A stretch of DNA of 64,000 nucleotides, from positions 57,457 to 121,456 of the forward strand of contig CAVPRK010000024.1 of NCBI GenBank assembly GCA_963707815.1, written 5' to 3'. Below are positions 43,359-53,896 of this stretch, piece after piece; the first letter of the stretch is position 1; every line of letters starts with the position of its first letter. A program made the translations under genes and the position numbers. The notes under the pieces were generated by a model, which was given only the letters and a program-made list of their open reading frames with translations, ran no database searches and had not been told where the DNA came from. The DNA is from an uncultured beta proteobacterium (GTDB lineage: Bacteria > Pseudomonadota > Gammaproteobacteria > Burkholderiales > Casimicrobiaceae).

Positions 43359-45230
43359 TTAGAACGTGGTCTTGAACGTGAGCGAGACACCAGCCGCGGT
43401 CGGACGAGCGACGCGTAAACGCCGTTGAACACGGTGGCGGCGCCCGTGGCCGGGTTGGTCGAGTAGTCGCCGAAGTAGCCGGTGTACTTGAGGTCGATCC
43501 GGTACTTCGAGTAGATGTCGGCGGCGAGGCCGAGCGGAGTAGTTGCCGCCGTCTTCGTTGCCGCCCAGGAACACGGCGGCGTTGCCGTTCAGGCCGCGCG
43601 AATACGAGATCGGCGCGAGCAGGTCGACGCCCGGCAGCACCTGGTACCAGGTCGGCGTGATGTTGAACGCGAGGCCGACGTAGTCGCGCGACGGCTTGTC
43701 GATCCCGGTGTAGCTGTCGCGGCCCTTGAACACTGCCTCGTTCTGCGTGACCTTCGCCCAGTGCATCCAGGTGAGCTCGGCCAGGAGCGACGCGGTGTCG
43801 AACAGCGGCGTCTTGCCGCGGTGTACAGCGCGTTGACGAGGCCGTGGTACGTGTCGCCGAGCGCGCCCGGCGTGCCGTTCGGTCGGGATGCTGTTGATCG
43901 AGATCTGGCCCGCGGCGGGGTTCACGCAGCGGCGTCGGCAGCGCCGACACGGGTCGCTCAGCAGCGGCATGTTCTGCCGGTACGAGAGCTCGGCGCCGAC
44001 GCTGACGCCGCGCGATGTTCTTCGACAGCGTCACGCCCATGATGTGGATGTTGTTGCCGTAGGCGGTGCGGTACTCGCCGACCTTGCCCTTCTGCGTGAG
44101 GTCGGCGACGTTCGTCACCTTCGGATTGATGATGCACGCGTTCGGCGTGACGACGATGCCGCCGATCGCCGTGCAGGTCGCGGCGGGCAGCGCTGCGAAG
44201 CCGGGAAGCGCGATCGTCTGCGGCAGGATGTCGGTCGCGTTGCGGTAGTAGAAGCCGAGCGTGCCGTCGAGCCAGTCCGGGCTCCAGCGCGCCGAGATGC
44301 CCCAGTCGCCGAGGCTCGCGCTGTAGCGCGACGGCGGCACGTCGCTTGCTGGTTCCACAGGCGCGTGAACGCCGGCGCGCCGGGAATCGACGCCGCGAAC
44401 GGGTTCGGCGCCGAATATGGTCGAGTCGCCGCCGAATTGCAGCGCGTCGTTCGCGGTCAGGTAGCTGCCCGACTCGGGCACGCGCACCGCCTGCCAGTTG
44501 TAGAACCACTGGCCCGCGATCGACAGGTCCTTCGTGGCCTGCGTCTGCAGCGTGATGCCGCCCTTCGGACGGAACAGCTCCTTCGCTTCCGCGCCCGGCG
44601 TGCCGAAGCCCTTCATGAGGTCGAGCGAGTTCTGCGCGTACGACACGCCGTGAACGGCGCCGCCGAGGAGCAGGCTGTCGCCCCAGTACACGGTGTGCTG
44701 GCCGGCCTTGACGTTCCACTGCATGCCGAGCGTCTCGAAGTTGGCGAAGCGCGAACGCGTCGAGCCACTCGCCCGACGGTCCCTTCGAGATAGCGCTTGT
44801 GTACGGCGACAGCACGCCCGCGACCGGCAGGCCGTTGACGAGCGTGTTGGCGGTCGGCGTTGTTGGTGTTGTCGAGGCTGCGAGTACGCGTTGTCGTACC
44901 ACAGCGCCGCGCTGACGCGCGCGCCGTAGCTCTTCTGCCAGACGACAGTCGAACTCGGACAGGATGTCGAGGCGGTTGGTGACGAGCGAGCCGTTGCTGA
45001 AGTTGCGGTCGCCGTCGTCGTTGTTGACGGCGCCGAGGATCGCCGGGTTCTGCGATTGCACGCGGCCGCCGAGGTTGTAGCGGAACGTGTTGTCCCAGCG
45101 CATCTCGAGGTCGGGATTGCCGACGTGCGATCTCGAACGCGAGCGCCGGCGCCGCGAACAGCGCGGCAAGGGCGCATCGCAGTCGCGCGGCGGCGCATGC
45201 GGTTCGGGATGCGAGTCAGACGGAATGCAT
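43359..45230 (-). CDS. DUF1302 family outer-membrane protein (frameshifted; start approximate)
   Basis: RWDNTFRY, NNDDGDRNF, NRLDILSEF, GQHTVYWGDSL, PGAEAKELF; C-terminal TFKTTF. Confidence 0.85.
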
Positions 45231-45253
45231 GGTGGTGAGCTTCCCCTCTTGTT

Positions 45254-46321
45254 CTAAAGTAGTCGTGACTGCGTTCGGCTGCCGACCACGCCGTCGGGCG
45301 CGAGATTGAGGATGCGCGCGAACAGCTGGCGGTACTCCTCGTCCGCGTCGACGGAGAAGCGCGGGTCGCCGTTCTCGCGGAACGCGTCGGCGATCGGCGG
45401 TCCAGTCGTCGGCGGTGAGATGCTTGCGCGCCGCGGGAATGATCACCTTGGCCTCGAGCATCATGTGCTCCATCTGCGCGGTGGCGAAACGCTGCGACGG
45501 CGTCGGCGAACAGCGGCAGGCCGCTCGCGGGATCCGCTTCGTAAGCGTCGACCGCCTGCGTCGAGCGCTTCGACGAGCGCGGCTCCCTCGACGTGCTGGC
45601 GCTCGAGCTCGTCGAGCGTCTCGTTGTACTCGGTCGTGCGCGCGCGCAGGCGCGGGAAGAGGTACGCGTCTTCCTTCGGGATGGTGCAGCGCCTCGGGAA
45701 ACGCGCGGACGTAGTGCACGATCGCGCGCAGCAGCGGGAACGACGGCGGCTTGCCGCGGTCGCGCGCCTCGCGCACGATGATACTCGAGACCGTGGATCA
45801 CCGCCGCGAGCGAGCGATGCTCGTCGCGGATGATCGCGAGCGGCCGCATCGCGCGACGCCGGCGCGCGATTGCTCTCGACGCGTCGCGACGAGCACCGGG
45901 ATCGACGCGCGCTGCAGCACCTTCATGCGTCTGCGAGCCGAGCGACGAGGCCTCGAAGGCCGCGCGTGCCGTGCGACGCCATGAAGATGAGGTCGCAGCC
46001 GCGCGCTTCGGCGGCGCCGAGGATCGCCTCGTGCGGCCGGTCGCTGGTCATCGCGAGCGCGTCGTGCGCGACGCCGGCGGTGCGCGCGACGACTTCGGCC
46101 TTGGCGAGCAGCGCGCGCGCTTCGCCCGGCGACCTGCTCGTTGAACGCGCCCGGCGACATCACGCGCTCGAGCGCGCCGAGGCTCGACGCGGCGTAGTCG
46201 GACTGCGCGTGGAAGAACGTGACCTTGCGCGCCGAGCGCGCGCGCGAGCGCGACGGCCTGCTGCACGGTGTCGACGGACAAGCTGCGAGTCGTCGATCGG
46301 GACCAGCATGTGGCGATACAT
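45254..46321 (-). CDS. Universal stress protein-hemerythrin fusion (frameshifted)
   Basis: USP domain: MYRHMLVPID...GCDLIFMASHG...MKVLQRASIPVLV. Hemerythrin-like domain: IRDEHRSL, LHHP.EDAYLF, LERQH, EHMMLE..IIP, LTADDW. Confidence 0.75.
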
Positions 46322-46469
46322 GCGAGCACTCCCTGGACCTGCGGTCCATGCCCTTCGAACGGTTCGTTGCGGTTCCGCGACGTGCGTCGCGCCGGTGTTG
46401 TTCTCGGCGGCGGCCGTTTGCCGACCGTTCCGGCGTACAGACATTGTGCTCGTTCGCGGACGGCCGCGC

Positions 46470-46505
46470 TTGATCGCGAGTGTCACGAACTTGCTTTTTC
46501 GGGAC
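46470..46505 (-). promoter_or_regulatory. Candidate AraC-type operator, copy 2
   Basis: 29/36 identical, ungapped, to 51320-51355 and in the same orientation. CACAAT -10-like hexamer 21 bp downstream on the - strand. Confidence 0.7.
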
Positions 46506-46510
46506 TAGCG

Positions 46511-47407
46511 TCAGAACGGCGTGTCGCCGATGATGCCGGCGCGCTCCATCTTGCGGTGGCACGGCGGGTAGTCCATCACCGCGTAGTGCTGCGTGCAGCG
46601 GTTGTCCCAGATCGCGACGCTGTTCGGCTTCCAGCGCCAGCGCACCTGGTACTCGGGGATGAACGCCTGGCTGATGAGGTAGTTCAGCAGCTGCGCCGCG
46701 CCCGGGTTGTCGTCCTGGCCGAAGCGCACGCGCTCGCGGCGTGTGGTAGTTCGTGAAGTGCGTCGTGAACGCGTTCACGAACAGGACCTTCTCGCCGGTC
46801 TCCGGATGCGTGCGCACGACCGGGTGCTCGGCATCGGGAAACTGCGCCTTCAGCGCGAGGCGCTTCTCGATCGGCATCGCCGCGCCGAAGATCGCCTCGA
46901 TGCTGTGGCGCGCGCGCAGGCCCGCGATCTGCGTCTTCACGTGCTCGGGCAGGCGCTCGTACGCGAGCGCCATGTTCGCCCACATCGTGTCGCCGCCGAC
47001 CGGCGGGCACTCGACGCAGCGCAGCACGCAGCCGAACGGCGGCTTCTCGCGCCACGTCGCGTCGGTGTGCCAGGCGTTCTCGTAGCGGTCGTTCGGCTGG
47101 TCCGGCGACTTGTAGATGCGCACGAGGCCCGGATGGTCGGGATCGCTGCCCGCGACCGGATGGTCCTCGAGCTCGCCGAAGCGGCGCGCGAACGCGACGT
47201 GCTCGGCGCGCGTGATGTCCTGGTCGCGCAGGAACAGCACCTTGTGCGCGAGCAGCAGCGCGCGGATCTCCGCGAACAGGCCGTCGTCGCGCGACGCGTC
47301 GCCCAGGTTCACGTTGGACAGCTCGGCGCCGATCGCGCAGGTGAGCGGCTCGACGCGCATGGCTGCGCGCGCATGACGGCGGGTGCTGCGGCAACGGTGG
47401 CGTTCAT
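46511..47407 (-). CDS. TauD/TfdA family Fe(II)/2-oxoglutarate dioxygenase (frameshifted; start 47407 or 47360)
   Basis: KVLFLRDQ, iron motif WHTD, GGDTMWA, HPVVRTHPETG, WDNRCTQHYA. GGAGG SD before 47407. Confidence 0.9.
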
Positions 47408-47432
47408 GATTCCTCCTTGCTCGCGTGTCGAG

Positions 47433-48425
47433 TCAGGTCGATCTCGAAGATCGACGAGCCCGATCGTCTTGCGCGATTCGAGGTCGCGATGCGCCTGCGC
47501 CGCGTCCTGCAGGCGGTAGCGCTGGTTGATCTCGATCCTGATGCGGCCGGCCGCGACGTGGTCGAAGAGCTCGCTCGCGAGCGCGTCCTTCTCGGCGGGA
47601 TCGGCGATGTAGTCGGCGAGCGCGGGGCGCGTCACGTACAGCGAGCCCTTGATCGCGAGCTGCATCGCGTCGATCGGCGGGATCGGGCCGGAGGCCGTGC
47701 CGACGCAGACGAGCAGGCCGCGCCGCTTGAGCGAATCGAGCGAGCCGGCGAAGGTGTCCTTGCCGACGCTGTCGTAGACGACCGTGACGCCGGCGCCGCC
47801 GGTGATCTCGCGCACGCGCTTCGCGACGTCTTCGCGGCCGTAGAGGATCACGTGGTCGCAGCCGTGCGCGCGGGCGATCGCCGCCTTCTCTTCGGTCGAG
47901 ACCGTGCCGATCACGTTGAGGCCGAGCAGCTTCGCCCATTGCGAGACGATGAGGCCGACGCCGCCCGCGGCCGCGTGCAGCAGGATCGTGTCGCCGTGCG
48001 TCGAGCGGCCAGATGCGGCGCATCAGGTAGGCCGAGGTGAGGCCGCGCATCGTCATCGCGGCCGCGGTCTCGCACGAGATCCCGGCCGGCAGCTTGATGA
48101 GCGGCGCGGCCGGAATGAGGCGCTCGGTGCTGTAGGCGCCGAGCGTGTTGAGGAAGCCGGTGTAGGTCACGCGGTCGCCCGGCGCGACGTTGGTCACGCC
48201 TTCGCCGACGGCCTCGACGACGCCCGCGGCTTCGACGCCGATGCCGTTCGGCAGCGGGACCGGATAGAGGCCGGTGCGGAAATACGTGTCGGCGAAGTTG
48301 AGGCCGACCGCCACGTGGCGGAGGCGCACCTGGCCGGGACCGGGATTGCCGACGGCGACCTCTTCCCAGCGCAGGACTTCGGGCCCGCCGGCTTCGTGCA
48401 TGCGAATTGCGTGTGCCATGGTCAT
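47433..48425 (-). CDS. Quinone oxidoreductase, zeta-crystallin/MDR family (frameshifted)
   Basis: GGPEVL, AVGLNFADTYFRTGLYP, GVEAAGVVEAVG, HAAAGGVG, VYDSVGKDTF, QAHRDLESRKT. Confidence 0.9.
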   Translation of the reverse strand: MTMAHAIRMHEAGGPEVLRWEEVAVGNPGPGQVRLRHVAVGLNFADTYFRTGLYPVPLPNGIGVEAAGVVEAVGEGVTNVAPGDRVTYTGFLNTLGAYSTERLIPAAPLIKLPAGISCETAAAMTMRGLTSAYLMRRIWPLDARRHDPAARGRGRRRPHRLAMGEAARPQRDRHGLDRREGGDRPRARLRPRDPLRPRRRREARARDHRRRRRHGRLRQRRQGHLRRLARFAQAARPARLRRHGLRPDPADRRDAARDQGLAVRDAPRARRLHRRSRREGRARERALRPRRGRPHQDRDQPALPPAGRGAGASRPRIAQDDRARRSSRST

Positions 48426-48427
48426 CC

Positions 48428-49486
48428 TCACGCGACCTTGCGCAGGAAGCCCTGCTGGCGGCCCTTGGCGTTCGGGGCGAAGCCGTTGGCGGCCAGCGTC
48501 TCTTCCACCGTGTCGTAGAACACGCCGATCTTGCAGATCTCGCGCGCTTCCTTGCCGTTGGCCACGTCGCGGCCGAACTCGCGGGAGATGCGCACCAGCT
48601 GCTCGATCTGCTGCACGGTGGTCATCTTCGCCGTGCGGGACTGGTTCCAGAGGTTGTCCTCGATGCCGCAGCGCACGTGCAGGCCCATGGCGATGCCCAT
48701 CATGTTGATCGGCAGCACGTTGCGCATGCTGCTTTCCACGGTCAGCATCGAGCCGTCGGGGATGGCGCGCAGGAAGTTGGCCAGGCTGTAGATCGTGGGC
48801 TGGTCCATGCCGCCGCCGATCGCCACCCAGTTCATCACCAGCGGGCCCTTGTAGACGCCGCGGCGGATCATGCGCTCCACCGTCTCGTAGCTGTTGATGT
48901 TGTAGAACTGGAAGGCGCTCTGGATGCCGGCGGCGCTCAGGCGGCGGACGTGCTCCTCGACCCAGCTCGGGCCGGAGGGAACGATCATCTCGCGGTAGGC
49001 CTGGTAGTTCTGCGGCTCCGCCAGCGACGTGCCGGCGAGGTCGTCGATTTCCATCTGCTCGACGACGTTCATCTGCGTGGTGTTGACGGTGACGGTGACC
49101 TGGTCCGGCTTGGGATCGAGCTCGGCCAGCATGTGGCGCGTGTCGTCGGACAGCCACTTGGCCTTGGCGCCGTCGGTCTCGGGCGCGAAGGAGATCGAGC
49201 CGCCGACCTGGATGATCATGTCCGGCACGGCCTTGCGCACGCCGGCGATCAGCTCGTTGAACTTGGACAGGCGCTTGGAGCCCTTGCCGTCGAGCTCGCG
49301 CACGTGCAGGTGCAGCACGGTGGCGCCGGCGTTGTAGCAGTCCACCGCCTTCTGGACCTGCGCTTCCATCGTGACGGGAATGTCCTCGGGAAAGTCCGAA
49401 GGCACCCACTCGGGGCCGTACGGCGCGGCGGTGATGACGAGCTTTTCCTGGTTTTCGGGGAACAGCGATCCGTCGAGGAAGTTCAT
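48428..49486 (-). CDS. Beta-keto acid cleavage enzyme (BKACE/DUF849)
   Basis: LVITAAPYG, metal-binding HLH (AGATVLHLHVR), HVRCGIEDN. Intact 352 aa. Confidence 0.9.
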   Translation of the reverse strand: MNFLDGSLFPENQEKLVITAAPYGPEWVPSDFPEDIPVTMEAQVQKAVDCYNAGATVLHLHVRELDGKGSKRLSKFNELIAGVRKAVPDMIIQVGGSISFAPETDGAKAKWLSDDTRHMLAELDPKPDQVTVTVNTTQMNVVEQMEIDDLAGTSLAEPQNYQAYREMIVPSGPSWVEEHVRRLSAAGIQSAFQFYNINSYETVERMIRRGVYKGPLVMNWVAIGGGMDQPTIYSLANFLRAIPDGSMLTVESSMRNVLPINMMGIAMGLHVRCGIEDNLWNQSRTAKMTTVQQIEQLVRISREFGRDVANGKEAREICKIGVFYDTVEETLAANGFAPNAKGRQQGFLRKVA

Positions 49487-49513
49487 GGTCGGTTCCTTTG
49501 CGGTCGGTGATGG

Positions 49514-49912
49514 TCAGTCGTTGGCTGCTCGCGCGTCGAGCTCCTCGAGCAGGATCGGCGCGGCGACGCACATGCTGTGCAGGCCCTGCATGCAGGCAGA
49601 GCTGCAGCACGGCGGTGATTTCCTCGCGCGTCGCGCCGGCCTTCAGCGCGCGCTGGATGTGGCGGCGCACGCCGGGCGCGTACAGGTGCGTGCACGAGGC
49701 GTCGAGCGCGATGCCGATGAGCTCGATCGTCTTCTTGTCGAGCGCGCCGGCGACCGCGGGCGCGATCGCGAACGCGATGGCCTTCTCGGTCCAGGCGGGA
49801 TCGAGCTGCGCGAACGGCTCCCAGTCGGGATTCCAGTTGCCGCTCGCAAGCGGCGCGTGCGCGTCGGCAGCGGGTCGTGTGCGTTACGGCGAGCGTTGGT
49901 CTTCTTGTTCAT
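49514..49912 (-). CDS. Carboxymuconolactone decarboxylase (CMD/AhpD-like) family protein (frameshifted)
   Basis: LDKKTIELIGIALDASCTHLYAPGVRRHIQRALKAGATREEI; ends PILLEELDARAAND. Confidence 0.8.
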
Positions 49913-51244
49913 TACGCGGGTTGCGGCGCGAGGCGCCGCTGTCGGCGGCGCTCGCGCTTGCCGGGCTTGTCGGAGATCGGAGACGTACGTGCGCGCGGCG
50001 AGCGCGAAGCAGGATCGCGGCGAGCGAGGCAGAAGGCGGGCACGACGGCCAGCGCGAACTGCAGGCCGTAGCGGTCGGACAGCACGCCGGTGAGCAGCGG
50101 CCCGCCGGCGAGGCCGAACAGGTTCTGCATGAGCGAGAGGATCGACGCGGCGGTGGCGCGCACCGACGGATGCACGACGTCGATCACGACCGCGCTGATC
50201 GGGACCGACGTTGACGGCCATCATGAGGCCGCCGGCGACGATCAGCGCGAACTGCGCGTTGCCGGGCGGAAGCAGCGCCGAACGCGCTGCCCATCAGGAC
50301 GCGCCGTCAGCACGGCGCCGACCGCGGGGACGTACAGGCGGGCGCACGCGATGCGCGGCGTGAGGCGGTCGGCCACGACGCCCCACACGAACGCGCCGAC
50401 GCCGCCGACGAGGACGACGAGCCCGGCCTTGAGTCCCGCCTGGTCCGGCGCGAGGCCGTAGTAGCGGTTGAAGTAGGTCGGCAGCCACGCGTAGGTCATC
50501 GACAGCGTGAGGAGCTGGAAGCCGGCACCGAGCACGCGACGAGCGCGGTGCGCGGCCGCAGCAGCGCGGCGACGATGGCGCGCGTCGCGAGCGCGGCGCG
50601 GCTGCCGCTTCCGCTCGCCTTGGGCAGCGCGACCGTCTTGTAGTCGCGCACGATGAACAGGAACACGAAGGCGAGCACGAGGCCCGGCACGCCGACGGCG
50701 CCGAAGCCCGCCTGCCAGCCCCAGCGCTGCGGCGATGACGCCGCCCAGCACGACGCCGAGCACCGAGCCCAGGATGCCGGCGAGGAAGAACGCGCCGAGC
50801 ACGGAGCTGCGCATGCGCACGGGAAACAGCGTCGCGAGGAGCGCGGCGCCGACGGTGCCGTAGGCGGCTTCGCCGAGGCCGACCAACGCCGCGCGCGGCG
50901 AACAGCTGCGCGTAGCTCGCCGCGAACGCGCACGAGATCGTGGCGAGGCTCCAGACCAGCGCCATCAGGAAGATGCTCTTGACGCGGCTCCAGCGGTCCG
51001 CGAGCAGCGACAGCGGCACGGCGCCGAGCGCGACGGTCACGGAGACGATCGAGACGAGCGCGCCGAGCTGGCCGTCCGAGAGGCTCCACTCCGCCTTGAG
51101 GTGCGAGAACATCGACACGATGACCTGGCGGTCGACGTAGTCGACGACCATCAGCGCGAACAGGATGGCGAACACGGTCCACGCGTAGCGGCGCGGCGCC
51201 GGGTCGGTCGGGTGCGAGGTCGAGGCGGCGGCGTGAAGGGCCAT
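49912..51244 (-). CDS. MFS transporter (frameshifted)
   Basis: VDYVDRQVI, MFS motif A LADRWSR, VGLGEAAY, QNLFGLAGGPLLTGVLSD. Confidence 0.88.
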
Positions 51245-51319
51245 CGGGCGTTTGCGTCGGTGTTCGGGGGTGGAGTTGCAGGACGGATGCATTGTCCGCG
51301 TCCGACCCTCCATTGGTGA

Positions 51320-51355
51320 TTGATCCCGTGTGACATAAACTTGCTCATTCGGGAC
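51320..51355 (-). promoter_or_regulatory. Candidate AraC-type operator, copy 1 (between MFS and araC)
   Basis: On the - strand GTCCCGAATGAGCAAGTTTATGTCACACGGGATCAA: two GTC-N9-CAA half-sites at 21-bp pitch. GACAAT lies 23 bp downstream. Confidence 0.7.
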
Positions 51356-51371
51356 GCGGGAGAGTCGCGGC

Positions 51372-52393
51372 GTGACTGGCGTCATCCGCAGCGCGAGCCT
51401 GACCAACTACGCGGAGGTCGCGCGCAAGTGCGGCCTCGATCCGGCGCGCATGCTGCGCGAGTTCGACTTTCCCGCGCGCTGCCTCGAGGACCCCGAAGCT
51501 GATCGTCCCCATCGACGCCGTGCGCGAGCTGCTCGAGGCGTCGGCGGAGCGCAGCGGCGTCGAGGGCTTCGGCCTCCTGATGGCGGAGACGCGGCGGCTG
51601 TCGAACCTCGGGCCGCTCGGTCTCCTCATCCGCGAGCAGCCCACGCCGCGCCTTGCGCTCGCAGGCGTTCGTCGACTACGGCCGGCGGCTCAACGACTCG
51701 CTGCACCTGACCATCGAGGAAGCCGCCGACGTCGTCGTGCTGCGCGAGGAGCTGGTGATCGGGCACGGCGGCGTCCGTGCGCCAGTCGACCGAGCTCGCG
51801 ATCGGCGTCGCGTTTCGAACGCTGCCAGAACCTGCTCGGCAGCGACTGGCGCCCGCGCCGCGTGTGCTTCGCGCACGATCCGCCGGCCGATCGCACGATT
51901 CACGAGCGCATCTTCGGGCGCAGCGTCGAGTTCGGCCACGACTTCAACGGCATCGTCTGCGCGCTGGCCGACCTCGCGCGTCCCAATGCGCACGCCGACC
52001 CCGAGCTTGCGCGTCTCGCGCAGCGCATGCTCGACGGGCAGCGCGCGGCGCGCGCGCACGGCGGACATCGCGGCGCAGGTGCGCGAGCTCGTCGTGACGC
52101 TGCTCGGCACCGGCGCGTGCACGATCGACCGCGCCGCGCAGCACCTGGGCGTCGATCGGCGCACGATCCATCGGCGGCTGGCGAAGGAGGGCGAGACTTT
52201 CTCGGGCATCGTCGACGCCGTGCGCCGCGAGCTCGCGCAGCGCTATCTCGCCGACAAGCGCAGCCTCGCCGAGATCGCGATGCTGCTCGGATTCTCCGCG
52301 TCGAGCGGGTTCTCCCACTGGTACCGCAGGCAGTACGACGCGACGCCGTCGTCGCGGCGCGACGCCGTCAAGGCGCGGAGGAGGACGCGCTAG
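51372..52393 (+). CDS. AraC-family transcriptional regulator (frameshifted)
   Basis: IRSASLTNY, SNLGPLGLL, VCFAH, and C-terminal HTH LGVDRRTIHRRL...SLAEIAMLLGFSASSGFSHW. Confidence 0.9.
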
Positions 52394-52398
52394 CGGCG

Positions 52399-53894
52399 TC
52401 AGAACAGCGGCTGCTTCGCCGCGCGATCGACGATCGGCGCGGCGCGGCCCGCGGCCGTTGCCGGCATCCGCGAGGTCGATCCAGCCGCCGCCCATGGCGC
52501 GATACACCGCCACGAGCTGCGTGTACGCGTCCGCGTAGGACTGCACGGCGGCGAGCTCCGCGGCGAAGAGCTCGTTCTCCGCGTACAGCACTTCGAGGTA
52601 GCCCGCGTAGCCGCTGTTGAAGCGCACGCGCGACAGGCGCGCGTACTCGCGCAGCGACGTCGACGCGCTTGGCCTGCGCGGTCGACTCCTGCGCGCTTCT
52701 TGATCGTGCCGACCAGCGCGTCGTTGGTCTCGCGGAAGGCGTCGAGGACCGTTTGCTGGTAGATGGCGAGCGCGGCGCGCCGTCGTGGCCGTCGCGCGCT
52801 GCGACCTGGCCCGCGATCGCGCCCGCGGTGAAGAGCGGGCCCGGCGAAGCCCGCGGCGAGCGCCCACGCGGTCGCCGGACCGGTGAGGAAGTTGCGTGAG
52901 CGCCGCGCTCGACCGAGCCCAGCGATGCCGGTGAGCGTGAACTGCGGGTAGTAGAGCGCTTCGGCGGCGCCGATGTCGGCGTTGGCGGCGATCAGGTCCT
53001 GCTCGGCCTGCAGGATGTCGGGACGGCGCGTCGAGCAGCGACGCCGGCAGGTCGGCGGGAATGCCGGGCAGCGCCAGCTGGTCGATGGTCTTGCCGCGCG
53101 GGATCGGATAGGGATTGCGGCCCTGCAGCACCGCGATCAGGTTCTCCTGCGCCGCGATGCGCTGCTCGAGCGCGGGAATCGCGGCGAGCGCCTGCTGGTA
53201 TTGCGACTGCACCTGCGCGAGCTCGACGCGCGACACCACGCCGCCCTTGTGCCGCAGCTCGAAGATGCGCAGCGTGTTCGCGTAGTTCTGCGCCGTTTGC
53301 TGCGAGATCTCGAGCTGGCGATCGAGCGCGCGCAGCGCGATGTAGCTCGCCGCGACGCTGGTGACCACCGACAGCACGACGCCGCGGCGACCCTGCTCGG
53401 TGGCGTAGACGCGCGCCTGCGCCGCCTCGGTCTGCCGCCGCACGCGGCCGAAGAGGTCGATCTGCCACGCGGCGCCGAGCGCGCCCTGGTAGAGCGTGGA
53501 GTACGGGTCGGCGCCTCGCGGCAGCGGCGACGTGCCGACGCGCGACTGCGGTTGCGGCTCGCGTTCGAGGTTGTAGTTGGCCTGCGGATAGAACTGCGCT
53601 GCGCGTGGTCTGCAACTGCCCGATGAACGCATCCACGCGCGCCGCGGCGACCACGAGGTCGCGGTTCTCGCGCAGCGCGGACTCGACGAGCTCGGTCGAG
53701 CACCGGATCGTCGAACTGCTCCCACCAGCGCGTGTTGGCGACGTCGGCGGCCTGTGTCGTAGCTGATGCGCCACGCAGGCGGCGCGTCGACGACGGGCTT
53801 GACGTAGTCCGGACCGACCGTGCACGCGGCGACGAAGCCGCGCCGCCAAGGCGATGGCGACGAAGCTGCGCAGTGCAGGGCGCGACGCACGCAT
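52399..53894 (-). CDS. Outer-membrane efflux channel lipoprotein, NodT family (frameshifted)
   Basis: VAACTVGPDY, WQIDLFGRVRR, GRNPYPIPRGKT, YRAMGGGW. Confidence 0.88.
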
Positions 53895-53896
53895 GG

